From the NCBI GenBank assembly GCA_963677925.2, contig CAXXYH010000004.1, positions 1,376,001 through 1,440,000 of the forward strand: a DNA stretch of 64,000 nt, given 5' to 3'. Both the position numbers and the translations under genes were made by a program. The notes beneath the pieces are model-generated. The model saw only the letters and a program-made list of their open reading frames with translations. It did no database searches and was not told where the DNA came from. How positions within the stretch are numbered: position 1 is the first letter of the stretch; each line of letters starts with the position of its first letter. This document shows, one piece after another, positions 56,114 to 64,000 of this stretch. The stretch comes from Spirochaetia bacterium (lineage in GTDB: Bacteria; Spirochaetota; Spirochaetia; UBA9216).

Positions 56114-56902
56114 ATGAACAATATGAACAGTCGATCATTCGTATATAACAGACACCTCAGAATTCTTGACATTTTAAAAGATAAGGGAAGCGTCAGTGTA
56201 GATGAACTTGCAGAGGCTCTTGATGTCTCTGCAGTAACAATAAGAAGAGACCTCGATGTCCTTGATCAGCGTGGTTTTCTTGTAAGAACTCACGGCGGAG
56301 CCCTGCCGATGAATCAGAGAGTTGAGCAGGTACCCGAGCGTCAATTCAATGAAAAAGATATTCTGAATGTAATGGAAAAAAAGCGCATTGCAGAGAAAGC
56401 TGTCGAGCTTGTTCAGGATGGTGAGATAATTTTCATGAACTCAGGTTCCACCCTGCTGTTCTTTATTAAGGCTCTCCGGAATAAAAGGGTAAAAATAATC
56501 ACAAATAATGCTGCGGCAATAGACTGTGAGCATGATCCTCTTGTAGAATTTATGTTTTTAGGCGGAGAATACCGCGAACAGTCCAGAAGTTTTGTCGGAG
56601 AGATTCCAATTAATACACTTAAAAACTTCTATAGTAACCATACATTTCTTGGAACAAACGGTCTGGACCTGGAAAGAGGTCTTACAACCAGTAATTATCA
56701 GGAATGCAGTATAAATCAGGCAATGATTGAAAATACTCATGGCAAGGTAATAGTGCTGGCCGATTCTTCAAAGCTTGGAAAGGTTTCAAATTTTATCAGC
56801 TCTGAATTAAATAAGGTTGATGTAGTGGTGACGGATACAGGCTGTCCCGACTCTATCAAAAAGCAGCTGATTGAAAAGGGTATCGAAGTCATACTCTCCT
56901 GA
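56114..56902 (+). CDS. DeoR/GlpR-family regulator (UlaR-like)
   Basis: VS.VTIRRDL, RTHGGA, EKKRIA, NSGST, ITNN, ADSSKLG. Confidence 0.93.
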   Translation: MNNMNSRSFVYNRHLRILDILKDKGSVSVDELAEALDVSAVTIRRDLDVLDQRGFLVRTHGGALPMNQRVEQVPERQFNEKDILNVMEKKRIAEKAVELVQDGEIIFMNSGSTLLFFIKALRNKRVKIITNNAAAIDCEHDPLVEFMFLGGEYREQSRSFVGEIPINTLKNFYSNHTFLGTNGLDLERGLTTSNYQECSINQAMIENTHGKVIVLADSSKLGKVSNFISSELNKVDVVVTDTGCPDSIKKQLIEKGIEVILS

Positions 56903-57035
56903 CAGGATTTTAAGTTAATATTTTTATTGTCATCTCACTTACTTCCGCACAGCTGAGTCAGGGGGTATCTCTCTTTGTTTGAATCAAAACAATATGATTA
57001 TTTAGCCTGAAAATAATCATTCATTTAATTAAAGT

Positions 57036-57096
57036 TATCAAAAAGAAAGAAAAAAACAAAAAGATACTTGCGAAATGCGCATGGTGGGTATATAAT
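57036..57096 (+). promoter_or_regulatory. Sugar-ABC promoter with 9-nt A-rich repeats
   Basis: tatcaaaaa-gaaagaaaa-aaacaaaaa, -35 TTGCGA, 17 nt, -10 TATAAT. Confidence 0.55.
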
Positions 57097-57125
57097 TTTC
57101 CAATCCAAACAGAGGAGGAGTTAAC

Positions 57126-58076
57126 TTGAAAAAAATAAGTATTCTACTTGTAATACTGATTTTATCAGTTTCAATGGTCTGGGCTAATGGAGACTCAGAG
57201 GGTAAAGACGGAGGTTCTGCACCAAAAATCAAAGCAGGTTTTTCACTTATCAACCTTGCTGACACAGTAATTGCTCAGATGGTTTCTGATGCAAAGGTAG
57301 AGGCCGACAAGCTTGGAATCGATCTGCTGCTCAGCGATGCTGCCGGTGATCCGGACAAACAGATTAATGCTGTTCAGAACTTCATTGCTGCAAAGTGCGA
57401 TGTAATTATCATTCAGGCTCTTGATGCTGAATCAATGTCCAAGGTTGCTAAAGAAGCAATGGATCAGGGAATTAAAATTGTTGCATACGGAATCGGACTT
57501 AATAATTATGACTGCTGGTACAAGAATGACAACTATGCTGTTGGTAAGGCTATAGGAACCATGGCAGGTGAATGGATCAATGAGAACGCAGGCGGAAAAG
57601 CAAGCGTAGGTCTTATTGAGTTTCCTGTAGTTCAGGTTCTTATTGACAGAGCTGATGGTATTCGTGACGGACTTAGTGCTACTGCTCCCGCTGCGGAAAT
57701 TGTAGTTAAGGGTTCTGCCATTGACAGTGCTAACGGTGCAAATCTTGCTGATACCTTTCTTCAGAAAGATCCGAATCTTAACGTTATTGTAAGTATAAGT
57801 GACGGACCGGCTCTCGGCGCCTATGAAGCAGTTAAAGCAGCAGGTAAGGATAACGAGAATTTCGCAATTTTCGGAAGTGACCTTTCAGAAGTTGCTGTAG
57901 CCAATATTGCAAAGGTTTCCGCATACAGGGGAACAATTGACTGTGATTCAAAGGTTTCCGGTGTTATGACAATGGACATCGTCCATAAACTCGCTACAAA
58001 TCAGCCTATCGACGACATAATTGTGATGGGAGTAATTCCTGTCTCAATTGACAATATCAGCGAATATACAAAATAA
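57126..58076 (+). CDS. Sugar ABC transporter substrate-binding protein (RbsB-like)
   Basis: Signal peptide, DA.GDP.KQ, R..G, D..ALGA..A; GGAGGAG RBS. Confidence 0.9.
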   Translation: MKKISILLVILILSVSMVWANGDSEGKDGGSAPKIKAGFSLINLADTVIAQMVSDAKVEADKLGIDLLLSDAAGDPDKQINAVQNFIAAKCDVIIIQALDAESMSKVAKEAMDQGIKIVAYGIGLNNYDCWYKNDNYAVGKAIGTMAGEWINENAGGKASVGLIEFPVVQVLIDRADGIRDGLSATAPAAEIVVKGSAIDSANGANLADTFLQKDPNLNVIVSISDGPALGAYEAVKAAGKDNENFAIFGSDLSEVAVANIAKVSAYRGTIDCDSKVSGVMTMDIVHKLATNQPIDDIIVMGVIPVSIDNISEYTK

Positions 58077-58194
58077 TATAAATAAGAAAGCTGAACAGTT
58101 AATTTTCAGTCTTAAGATTGTCTCCCCTTAGAAAGGGGAGACTGTTTTATCAAAATCAAACAGCATGAAGCCGCTCATCATAAGGAGGGAGCCT

Positions 58195-59679
58195 TTGTCA
58201 GACCTTTTATTATCATTGGAAAATGTAACTAAACTTTATCCCGGTGTTGTTGCCATTGATGATGTATCTGTTGATTTTAATAAAGCAGAAGTTCATGCCC
58301 TGGTTGGAGAAAACGGCGCTGGTAAGTCCACAATGATTAAGGTGATTGCCGGCGCCATTAAACCTGAACGTGGAAATCTTGTTTTCGAGAATGAAAAGAT
58401 AGAAAATATTTCACCGGAACTTATAAAGAAGAAAGGCATCGAAGTTGTATATCAGGAATTTAACCTTGCTCCCGATCTTGCAGTATATGAGAATATATTT
58501 CTTGGAGACTATAAGAAGAAGGGCTTGTTTCTTGATAAAAAAGGGATGATCGAAAAGACAAGGAGAATTTTTGAATCTCTAAATATTCAGATAGATCCTG
58601 AAATAAGAGTCAAGGATTTAACTGTCGCATATATGCAGCTTGTCGAGATTGCCAAGGCTATCTCAAAGGATGTCAAGGTCCTGATTATGGATGAGCCCAC
58701 TGCTGCTCTGACAACAGCAGAGACTGAGGTTCTGTTTAAACTGATACGCCGATTAAAGGCTGAGGGTGTTCTTGTTATCTATGTTTCTCACCGCATGGAG
58801 GAAATTTTCAGTCTTGCAGACAGGGTTACTGTAATGCGTGACGGTAAAAAGATTAAAACCCTTAATATTGAAGATACAAGCCGAAAGGATCTTATCAGCC
58901 ACATGGTAGGCCGGGAAGTTTCAGAATCATACCCGGAACGGAATGTGGTGATAGGCAATGAAGTCCTGAGGGTAGAAAATTTGACCGGAAACGGAGTCAG
59001 GAATATTAGTTTTGATTTGAAAAAAGGTGAGATTCTGGGGCTGGCCGGTCTGGTAGGTGCCGGAAGAACAGAGCTCGTCCGCCTGATTTATGGAGCGGAA
59101 CGTCCGGACAGCGGAAGCATATTCAGAAACGGCAAGACTGTTTCCATTAACTCACCTAAGGATGCTGTCGGTCAGGGAATTGCACTTATTCCGGAAGACC
59201 GGAAGCAGCAGGGTGTCCTTCTTGAAAAATCCATCAGGCATAATATTACCCTTACCATACTCAAAAAGCTCCGTAAGGGCATCATCATGGATACTGCAAA
59301 GGAGCAGGCGATTATTGACCGTCAGTCGGCAGATCTGATGATAAAATCTCCTTCGCATGAACAGCTGGTTAAAAATCTGAGCGGGGGAAATCAGCAGAAG
59401 GTTGTCCTTGCAAAATGGCTTGTAACTGAATCAGATATTCTTATTTTTGATGAACCCACCCGCGGTATCGATGTTGGTGCAAAGCAGGAAATTTACAAGA
59501 TTATGAATGGCCTTGTAGAAGCGGGTAAATCTATAATTATGATTTCTTCAGAGATGGAAGAGCTGCTTGGTATGTCAGACCGGCTGATAGTCATGGCTGA
59601 AGGAGACCAGGTCGGCTCTATGGAAAAAGATGAATTTGATAAAAATAAACTGCTGGATATGGAATCCGGTGATAAATAA
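58195..59679 (+). CDS. Sugar ABC transporter ATPase (RbsA/MglA-like)
   Basis: GENGAGKST, DEPTAAL, SHR, PEDRK, LSGGNQQK, DEPTRGIDVGAK; TTG start after AAGGAGG. Confidence 0.95.
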   Translation: MSDLLLSLENVTKLYPGVVAIDDVSVDFNKAEVHALVGENGAGKSTMIKVIAGAIKPERGNLVFENEKIENISPELIKKKGIEVVYQEFNLAPDLAVYENIFLGDYKKKGLFLDKKGMIEKTRRIFESLNIQIDPEIRVKDLTVAYMQLVEIAKAISKDVKVLIMDEPTAALTTAETEVLFKLIRRLKAEGVLVIYVSHRMEEIFSLADRVTVMRDGKKIKTLNIEDTSRKDLISHMVGREVSESYPERNVVIGNEVLRVENLTGNGVRNISFDLKKGEILGLAGLVGAGRTELVRLIYGAERPDSGSIFRNGKTVSINSPKDAVGQGIALIPEDRKQQGVLLEKSIRHNITLTILKKLRKGIIMDTAKEQAIIDRQSADLMIKSPSHEQLVKNLSGGNQQKVVLAKWLVTESDILIFDEPTRGIDVGAKQEIYKIMNGLVEAGKSIIMISSEMEELLGMSDRLIVMAEGDQVGSMEKDEFDKNKLLDMESGDK

Positions 59680-59699
59680 TAAATTAAGGAAGGCGCAAC

Positions 59700-60662
59700 T
59701 TGAAAAAAGGAATTAAATTACAGAGTGTCAGCATTTATATAGCCCTTATAGTTGTTGTATTCTTGTTTTCAGTTTCCAGCGATACATTTCTGACTGTTCC
59801 GAATGTTATAAATATATTCAGGCAGGTTTCAACTCTAGGTATCATGGCAATAGGGGCTACCTTTGTTATGATTACCGGCGGCGTTGACCTTTCAGTTGGA
59901 GCACAGGTATCCATTATTGGAATTACAATCTCACATCTTATGGTCAATATGCAGGTTCATCCGGTTTTATCGGTCATTCTAGGAATACTCGTAGGTGTGC
60001 TTATCGGGCTTTGCAACGGGCTGATTGTTACCAAGATTAACATTCCGCCGATGATTGCTACACTTGGAATGATGCAGATTGTTAAGGGTATGAGTTATTT
60101 TATCTGTTCCGGTCTGCCTATTTACGGCTTCCCGGACGGTTTCAGTGTGATCGGGCAGAAATCCATCGGGATAATACCGATATCGGTAATGATCTTTGTA
60201 GCCTGTATTATAGTAGGATGGTTCATTCTGAATATGACATCTTTCGGACGTTATATCTATGCGGTCGGAAGTAATGAAGAAGCAACCAGACTTTCTGGAA
60301 TTGCTACAAAGAAAATTAAACTCAGCGTCTATGTAATAGGCTCCCTTTTTACAGCGGTAGCCGCGCTTATCACGCTCTCTAGAATTAACGCCGGCCAGGC
60401 AATCTCCGGAATCGGTACAGAATTTGATGTACTAACAGCAGTAATTCTGGGCGGTGTTGCCTTTACCGGTGGAGCGGGGCGAATTTCGGGTGTTATTGCA
60501 GGTATTCTTATTATCGGAGTACTCAGCAACGGACTTGTCATGGTGGGAATCGGTGAATATGTTCAGATAATGATTAAGGGGTTTGTACTGCTTTTCGCAC
60601 TCAGTACAACAACTCTTACTGATTATATTTCGGCTCAAAGAGCTAAGAAGCGAACTGCCTGA
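59700..60662 (+). CDS. Sugar ABC transporter permease (RbsC-like)
   Basis: GGVDLSVG, IATLG, GRYIYAVGSNEEATRLSGI, AVILGG...GG.G. Confidence 0.94.
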   Translation: MKKGIKLQSVSIYIALIVVVFLFSVSSDTFLTVPNVINIFRQVSTLGIMAIGATFVMITGGVDLSVGAQVSIIGITISHLMVNMQVHPVLSVILGILVGVLIGLCNGLIVTKINIPPMIATLGMMQIVKGMSYFICSGLPIYGFPDGFSVIGQKSIGIIPISVMIFVACIIVGWFILNMTSFGRYIYAVGSNEEATRLSGIATKKIKLSVYVIGSLFTAVAALITLSRINAGQAISGIGTEFDVLTAVILGGVAFTGGAGRISGVIAGILIIGVLSNGLVMVGIGEYVQIMIKGFVLLFALSTTTLTDYISAQRAKKRTA

Positions 60663-60683
60663 TTCAATAGTCTGGTTGATATC

Positions 60684-60729
60684 ACGGAGACTGCATGGCA
60701 GGAATGCCCTGTGCAGTCTCCGTTTTTTT
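60684..60729 (+). terminator. Intrinsic terminator
   Basis: acggagactgca...tgcagtctccg followed by T7. Confidence 0.85.
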
Positions 60730-60805
60730 GCTCTGAAACTGCTGCCATTTACAATCTTTTCTGTTTATATTACATTTTGAATACAATTAATCTCAGGTGG
60801 TTATT

Positions 60806-61594
60806 ATGCTTCGAACAGGTTTTATAGGTGCCGGAAATATGGCTTTTGCCCTCGCCGGTGCGATCTCTGAATCATTCGCTGATGCTGTGATTGTTCCTTT
60901 TGATATCAGTCAGGAACGTATCAGCCTTTTTAAAGAAAGTTTCTCATCCGTTGAACCGGCAGATTCTGTTGAATCACTTTCAGGCAGCTGTGATGCTGTT
61001 TTTCTTTCTGTAAAACCTCAGATGATGGCAGATGTTATCAAACCGCTTGAAAAAAGCAGGGGACTGTTTATCACCATAGCTGCAGGATTGAAACTTGATT
61101 TCTATGAGAAAGCCATGCCTGAGGCAAGGATTGTAAGGGTTATGCCTAATACACCCTGTCTTGTCGGTGAAATGGCTGCCGGTTATACCGCCGGAAAGCT
61201 TGTAACCGCTGAAGATCTCGAACTTGTAAGGAAGCTTCTTGCTGCAGCCGGAACAGCGGTTGAAGTTAAGGAAGAGCTTATAGATACCGTTACAGGAGTT
61301 TCCGGTTCCGGACCTGCATATTTTGCCCGAATTGCAGAGGCATTTATTGAGGCCGGCGTTGCAGGAGGACTAAGCCCTGAAATGGCTGCCGAGCTTGCAA
61401 TTCAGACAATGAAGGGAACAGCTGCACTTCTGCAGCAGAAGCAGATGTCGCCGGAAGAGCTGGTTAAGATGGTAAGTTCGCCGAACGGAACTACAGTGGC
61501 AGGACGGGAGATTCTTGAATCTTCCGATTATAAGGAAGTGATTGCAGCAACTGTTGCAAGAACAATCGAACGAAGCAGGGAGCTTGGAAAATGA
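60806..61594 (+). CDS. proC: Pyrroline-5-carboxylate reductase
   Basis: GFIGAGNM, VKPQ, RVMPNTP, SGSGPAY, V.SPNGTT. Confidence 0.95.
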   Translation: MLRTGFIGAGNMAFALAGAISESFADAVIVPFDISQERISLFKESFSSVEPADSVESLSGSCDAVFLSVKPQMMADVIKPLEKSRGLFITIAAGLKLDFYEKAMPEARIVRVMPNTPCLVGEMAAGYTAGKLVTAEDLELVRKLLAAAGTAVEVKEELIDTVTGVSGSGPAYFARIAEAFIEAGVAGGLSPEMAAELAIQTMKGTAALLQQKQMSPEELVKMVSSPNGTTVAGREILESSDYKEVIAATVARTIERSRELGK

Positions 61595-62865
61595 ACCTGA
61601 TAGAACAGACAAAGGCACTCAAAGAATCATCATACAGACTTGCAGCTGCGGACTGTGAGCTTAGAAATATGGCGTTGAAGAACATTGCTGCCGCACTTAG
61701 AGCAAAAACAGCAGAAATAATAGAAGCAAATACGCTTGATCTTGAGGCGGCTGAGAAAAACAATCTCGGACAGGCACTTGTAAAGAGGCTTGCGCTATCG
61801 GACAAGAAGATTGACCAGATGGCTGCCGGTCTTGAATCACTTGAATCACTGCCCGATCCTCTCGGTAAACTCACGCTGGAGCGTGAACTTGATGAGGGCC
61901 TTCTTCTTAAAAGAGTCAGCGTTCCCATCGGGCTTATCGGAGTTATTTTTGAATCACGTCCTGACGCTCTGGTTCAGATTGCAGGGCTTTGCGTTAAGTC
62001 GGGTAACACTGTTATTCTTAAAGGCGGCAGTGAGGCTCTGAATTCCAACAGGATTCTTGCTTCAGTTATTGTTGAGGCTGTAGAGACTACTGACTCTGTT
62101 TTTAAGAATACGATTATGCTGGTGGAAAGCCGTGAAGATATAAACGCCCTTCTGGCTCTTGATCAGTATATAGATCTGATGATTCCAAGGGGTTCAAATC
62201 AGCTTGTCCGCTACATTATGGAGAACACCCGAATCCCTGTAATGGGCCATTCCGACGGAATCTGTCATATGTTTGTGGACAGCAGCTTTGAGATGGAAAA
62301 AAGCCTTAATCTCATCAGAGATGCCAAATGTCAGTATCCTGCAGTATGTAACGCAATAGAGACTCTTCTTGTTCATAAGAATTCAGCTTCTGAAATTATT
62401 CCGAAGCTTCCCGCAAAGATGCCGGAGGTTAAACTCCTCGGTGATGAGGAAACAAGGAAACTGATTGATATTGAAGCTGCTTCCGATGATGACTGGGACA
62501 CAGAATATAACGATTATATTCTTTCGGTTAAGGTTGTCGACAGTCTGGAAGATGCTGTAGTCTTCATCAATACTCACGGCAGTCATCATACTGACTGTAT
62601 ACTTACGACGGATGAGTCCCATGCAGCATATTTTATGGCTAACGTTGATTCAAGTTCGGTAATGAAAAACTGTTCCACAAGGTTTGCTGATGGTTTCCGG
62701 TACGGTTTCGGTGCCGAGGTTGGAATTTCTACCGGGAAAATACACTCCCGGGGCCCTGTAGGACTTGAAGGTCTAACTATATACAAGTACTTTGTCACCG
62801 GTGACGGGCACTGTGTTAAACCCTACGCTGTTGGTGAAAAGGAATTCACCCATAAGGATTTATAA
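61591..62865 (+). CDS. proA: Glutamate-5-semialdehyde dehydrogenase
   Basis: VPIGLIGVIFESRP, LKGGSEA, IPRGS, CNAIETLLVH, STRFADG, EVGISTGKIHSRGPVGL. Confidence 0.96.
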   Translation: MNLIEQTKALKESSYRLAAADCELRNMALKNIAAALRAKTAEIIEANTLDLEAAEKNNLGQALVKRLALSDKKIDQMAAGLESLESLPDPLGKLTLERELDEGLLLKRVSVPIGLIGVIFESRPDALVQIAGLCVKSGNTVILKGGSEALNSNRILASVIVEAVETTDSVFKNTIMLVESREDINALLALDQYIDLMIPRGSNQLVRYIMENTRIPVMGHSDGICHMFVDSSFEMEKSLNLIRDAKCQYPAVCNAIETLLVHKNSASEIIPKLPAKMPEVKLLGDEETRKLIDIEAASDDDWDTEYNDYILSVKVVDSLEDAVVFINTHGSHHTDCILTTDESHAAYFMANVDSSSVMKNCSTRFADGFRYGFGAEVGISTGKIHSRGPVGLEGLTIYKYFVTGDGHCVKPYAVGEKEFTHKDL

Positions 62866-63647
62866 TGAAGCTTCTTGTTAAGATTGGAAGTGCCCTGATA
62901 AGCAGGGATAACAGAATAGATTACAACTGGCTAAAGAAGAAGGTTGATGAACTGGCTTTTCTGTACAGGGAAGGTGTTCGTCCCATCATAGTCAGCTCCG
63001 GTGCTGTTGCGGCCGGAATGGAAGTTAAAAGTATTCGAAAACGCCCCTCCGATACTCTCAGTCTTCAAATGCTGTCGGGAATAGGTCAGGTACGCTTAAG
63101 CAAGTATTACAAGGATCTTTTCAAAGAGAAATATATTTTCACTGCGCAGATGCTGCTTACTCACCATAATTTTGACAATCCCGGTGAGGTTGAGACCATT
63201 AAAGAGATCATCAACCATTATCTGGACGACGATGTGATTCCTATTATCAATGAAAATGATATGACCAATAAGGAAGAGTTTGATTCCGAGGGCAACTTTA
63301 CAGATAATGATATTCTTGCCGCCTTTGTTTCAATTGCCGCCGGTGTTGATAAAGCCCTCATTCTGACAAACGTAGACGGGCTCTATAACGGCAATCCGAA
63401 TTCCGTCGATGCCGGGGGTAAAAAGCCCGAACTTATAACTGCCGTTGATAAAATTGACGACTCAATTCTTAAAATGGCGGCTGTCGGCAAGAGTGAACTG
63501 GGACTCGGCGGAATGCTATCCAAGGTCCATGCTGCCGATATGATCACATCAAAAGGAATCCCTGCTGTCATTGCAAACGGTAACTACTCAATTTCTGATA
63601 TCCTGGAAAACAGGGTTCCCTGTTCAGTCTTTAAACCTGTGAAATGA
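62865..63647 (+). CDS. proB: Glutamate 5-kinase (short form without PUA domain)
   Basis: KIGS, VSSGAVAAG, PIINEND, DND.LAA, LTNVDGLY, GGM.SK; 260 aa. Confidence 0.92.
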   Translation: MKLLVKIGSALISRDNRIDYNWLKKKVDELAFLYREGVRPIIVSSGAVAAGMEVKSIRKRPSDTLSLQMLSGIGQVRLSKYYKDLFKEKYIFTAQMLLTHHNFDNPGEVETIKEIINHYLDDDVIPIINENDMTNKEEFDSEGNFTDNDILAAFVSIAAGVDKALILTNVDGLYNGNPNSVDAGGKKPELITAVDKIDDSILKMAAVGKSELGLGGMLSKVHAADMITSKGIPAVIANGNYSISDILENRVPCSVFKPVK

Positions 63648-63672
63648 ATCTTCACTGGTTTAACTTGTAAAA

Positions 63673-63730
63673 TAACCTCCGGACGTTTATAGTTTATAAG
63701 TGAGCTAATAAATGTCTGTGAGGTTTTTTT
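63673..63730 (+). terminator. Long imperfect hairpin with T-tract, terminator of proCAB
   Basis: aacctc/gaggtt, cggacgtttat/ataaatgtctg and agttta/tgagct stems followed by a T-tract. Confidence 0.6.
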
Positions 63731-64000
63731 ATGAGAAAAATAATCTGTATTTCAATAATTCTTCTCCTGCCGGTTCTGGCTTTTGCATCAGGAACTGCAG
63801 AGGCTGAGACAGAAACCCAAACTCCGCAGGCCCCGGTAAAGGGGCAGCTGGTTTACATGGAAGGTGATGTTGAGGTGAACAGTCGTCCTGCAGAAATAGG
63901 AATGTCAATTCCCTATGGTGCCCGGATTGCTACAGGTGAGTTTTCATACTGTGAAGTTGTTTTTGAAACAGGCAATGTCTTCAAGGTCATGGAATCGACC
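63731..64000 (+). CDS. Exported FecR-domain protein (3' truncated by window edge)
   Basis: Signal peptide MRKIICISIILLLPVLAFASG; then Y.EGDV.V...A.IGM...G..I.TG..S.CEV.F..GN, typical of the FecR N-domain. Confidence 0.65.
   Translation, partial: MRKIICISIILLLPVLAFASGTAEAETETQTPQAPVKGQLVYMEGDVEVNSRPAEIGMSIPYGARIATGEFSYCEVVFETGNVFKVMEST

Noticed and set aside
1056-63571. Many short ORF-track ORFs antisense to or nested in long genes (e.g. 47669..48190, 35118..35588, 54082..54528, 61491..61928)
   Set aside because: They shadow well-supported genes and have no RBS or recognisable motifs.
60806-63647. proC-proA-proB order and PUA-less ProB as a novelty
   Set aside because: Both are known variations of housekeeping proline biosynthesis.

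Overview
A bacterial chromosomal window, probably from an anaerobic Spirochaetia-like organism. That taxonomy is inferred from the DUF2147, DUF3783 and FecR-like genes and the signal-peptide style, and is not proven. The window is dominated by accessory catabolic modules. (1) A MalT/BTAD regulator divergent from a class-III aminotransferase, an SSS symporter, a 40-aa peptide and a saccharopine-dehydrogenase-like gene. (2) A leader-peptide attenuator with tandem terminators in front of an unknown 81-aa protein. (3) An AraC-GH39 (probably catalytically dead) regulator and a phloretin/phloroglucinol degradation operon (cupin, reductase, dehydrogenase, cyclohydrolase, triacetate lyase, phloretin hydrolase), extended by an AprB/AprA-like ferredoxin-flavoprotein pair. 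(4) A membrane polyferredoxin with a two-component system, and a UGSC-family fusion lacking its Sec/Cys motif. (5) A tungsten-type AOR operon under a P3-less Moco/Tuco riboswitch. (6) A putative DeoR regulon with SDR/NTF2/NTF2/MBL genes, ulaG with no PTS in the window, Opp-type and sugar ABC transporters and a frameshifted FGGY kinase, interrupted by a GlcDEF-like trio with a FadR regulator. (7) proC-proA-proB. No tRNA, rRNA, CRISPR array or IS element was recognised. All family calls come from motif recognition, not database searches.
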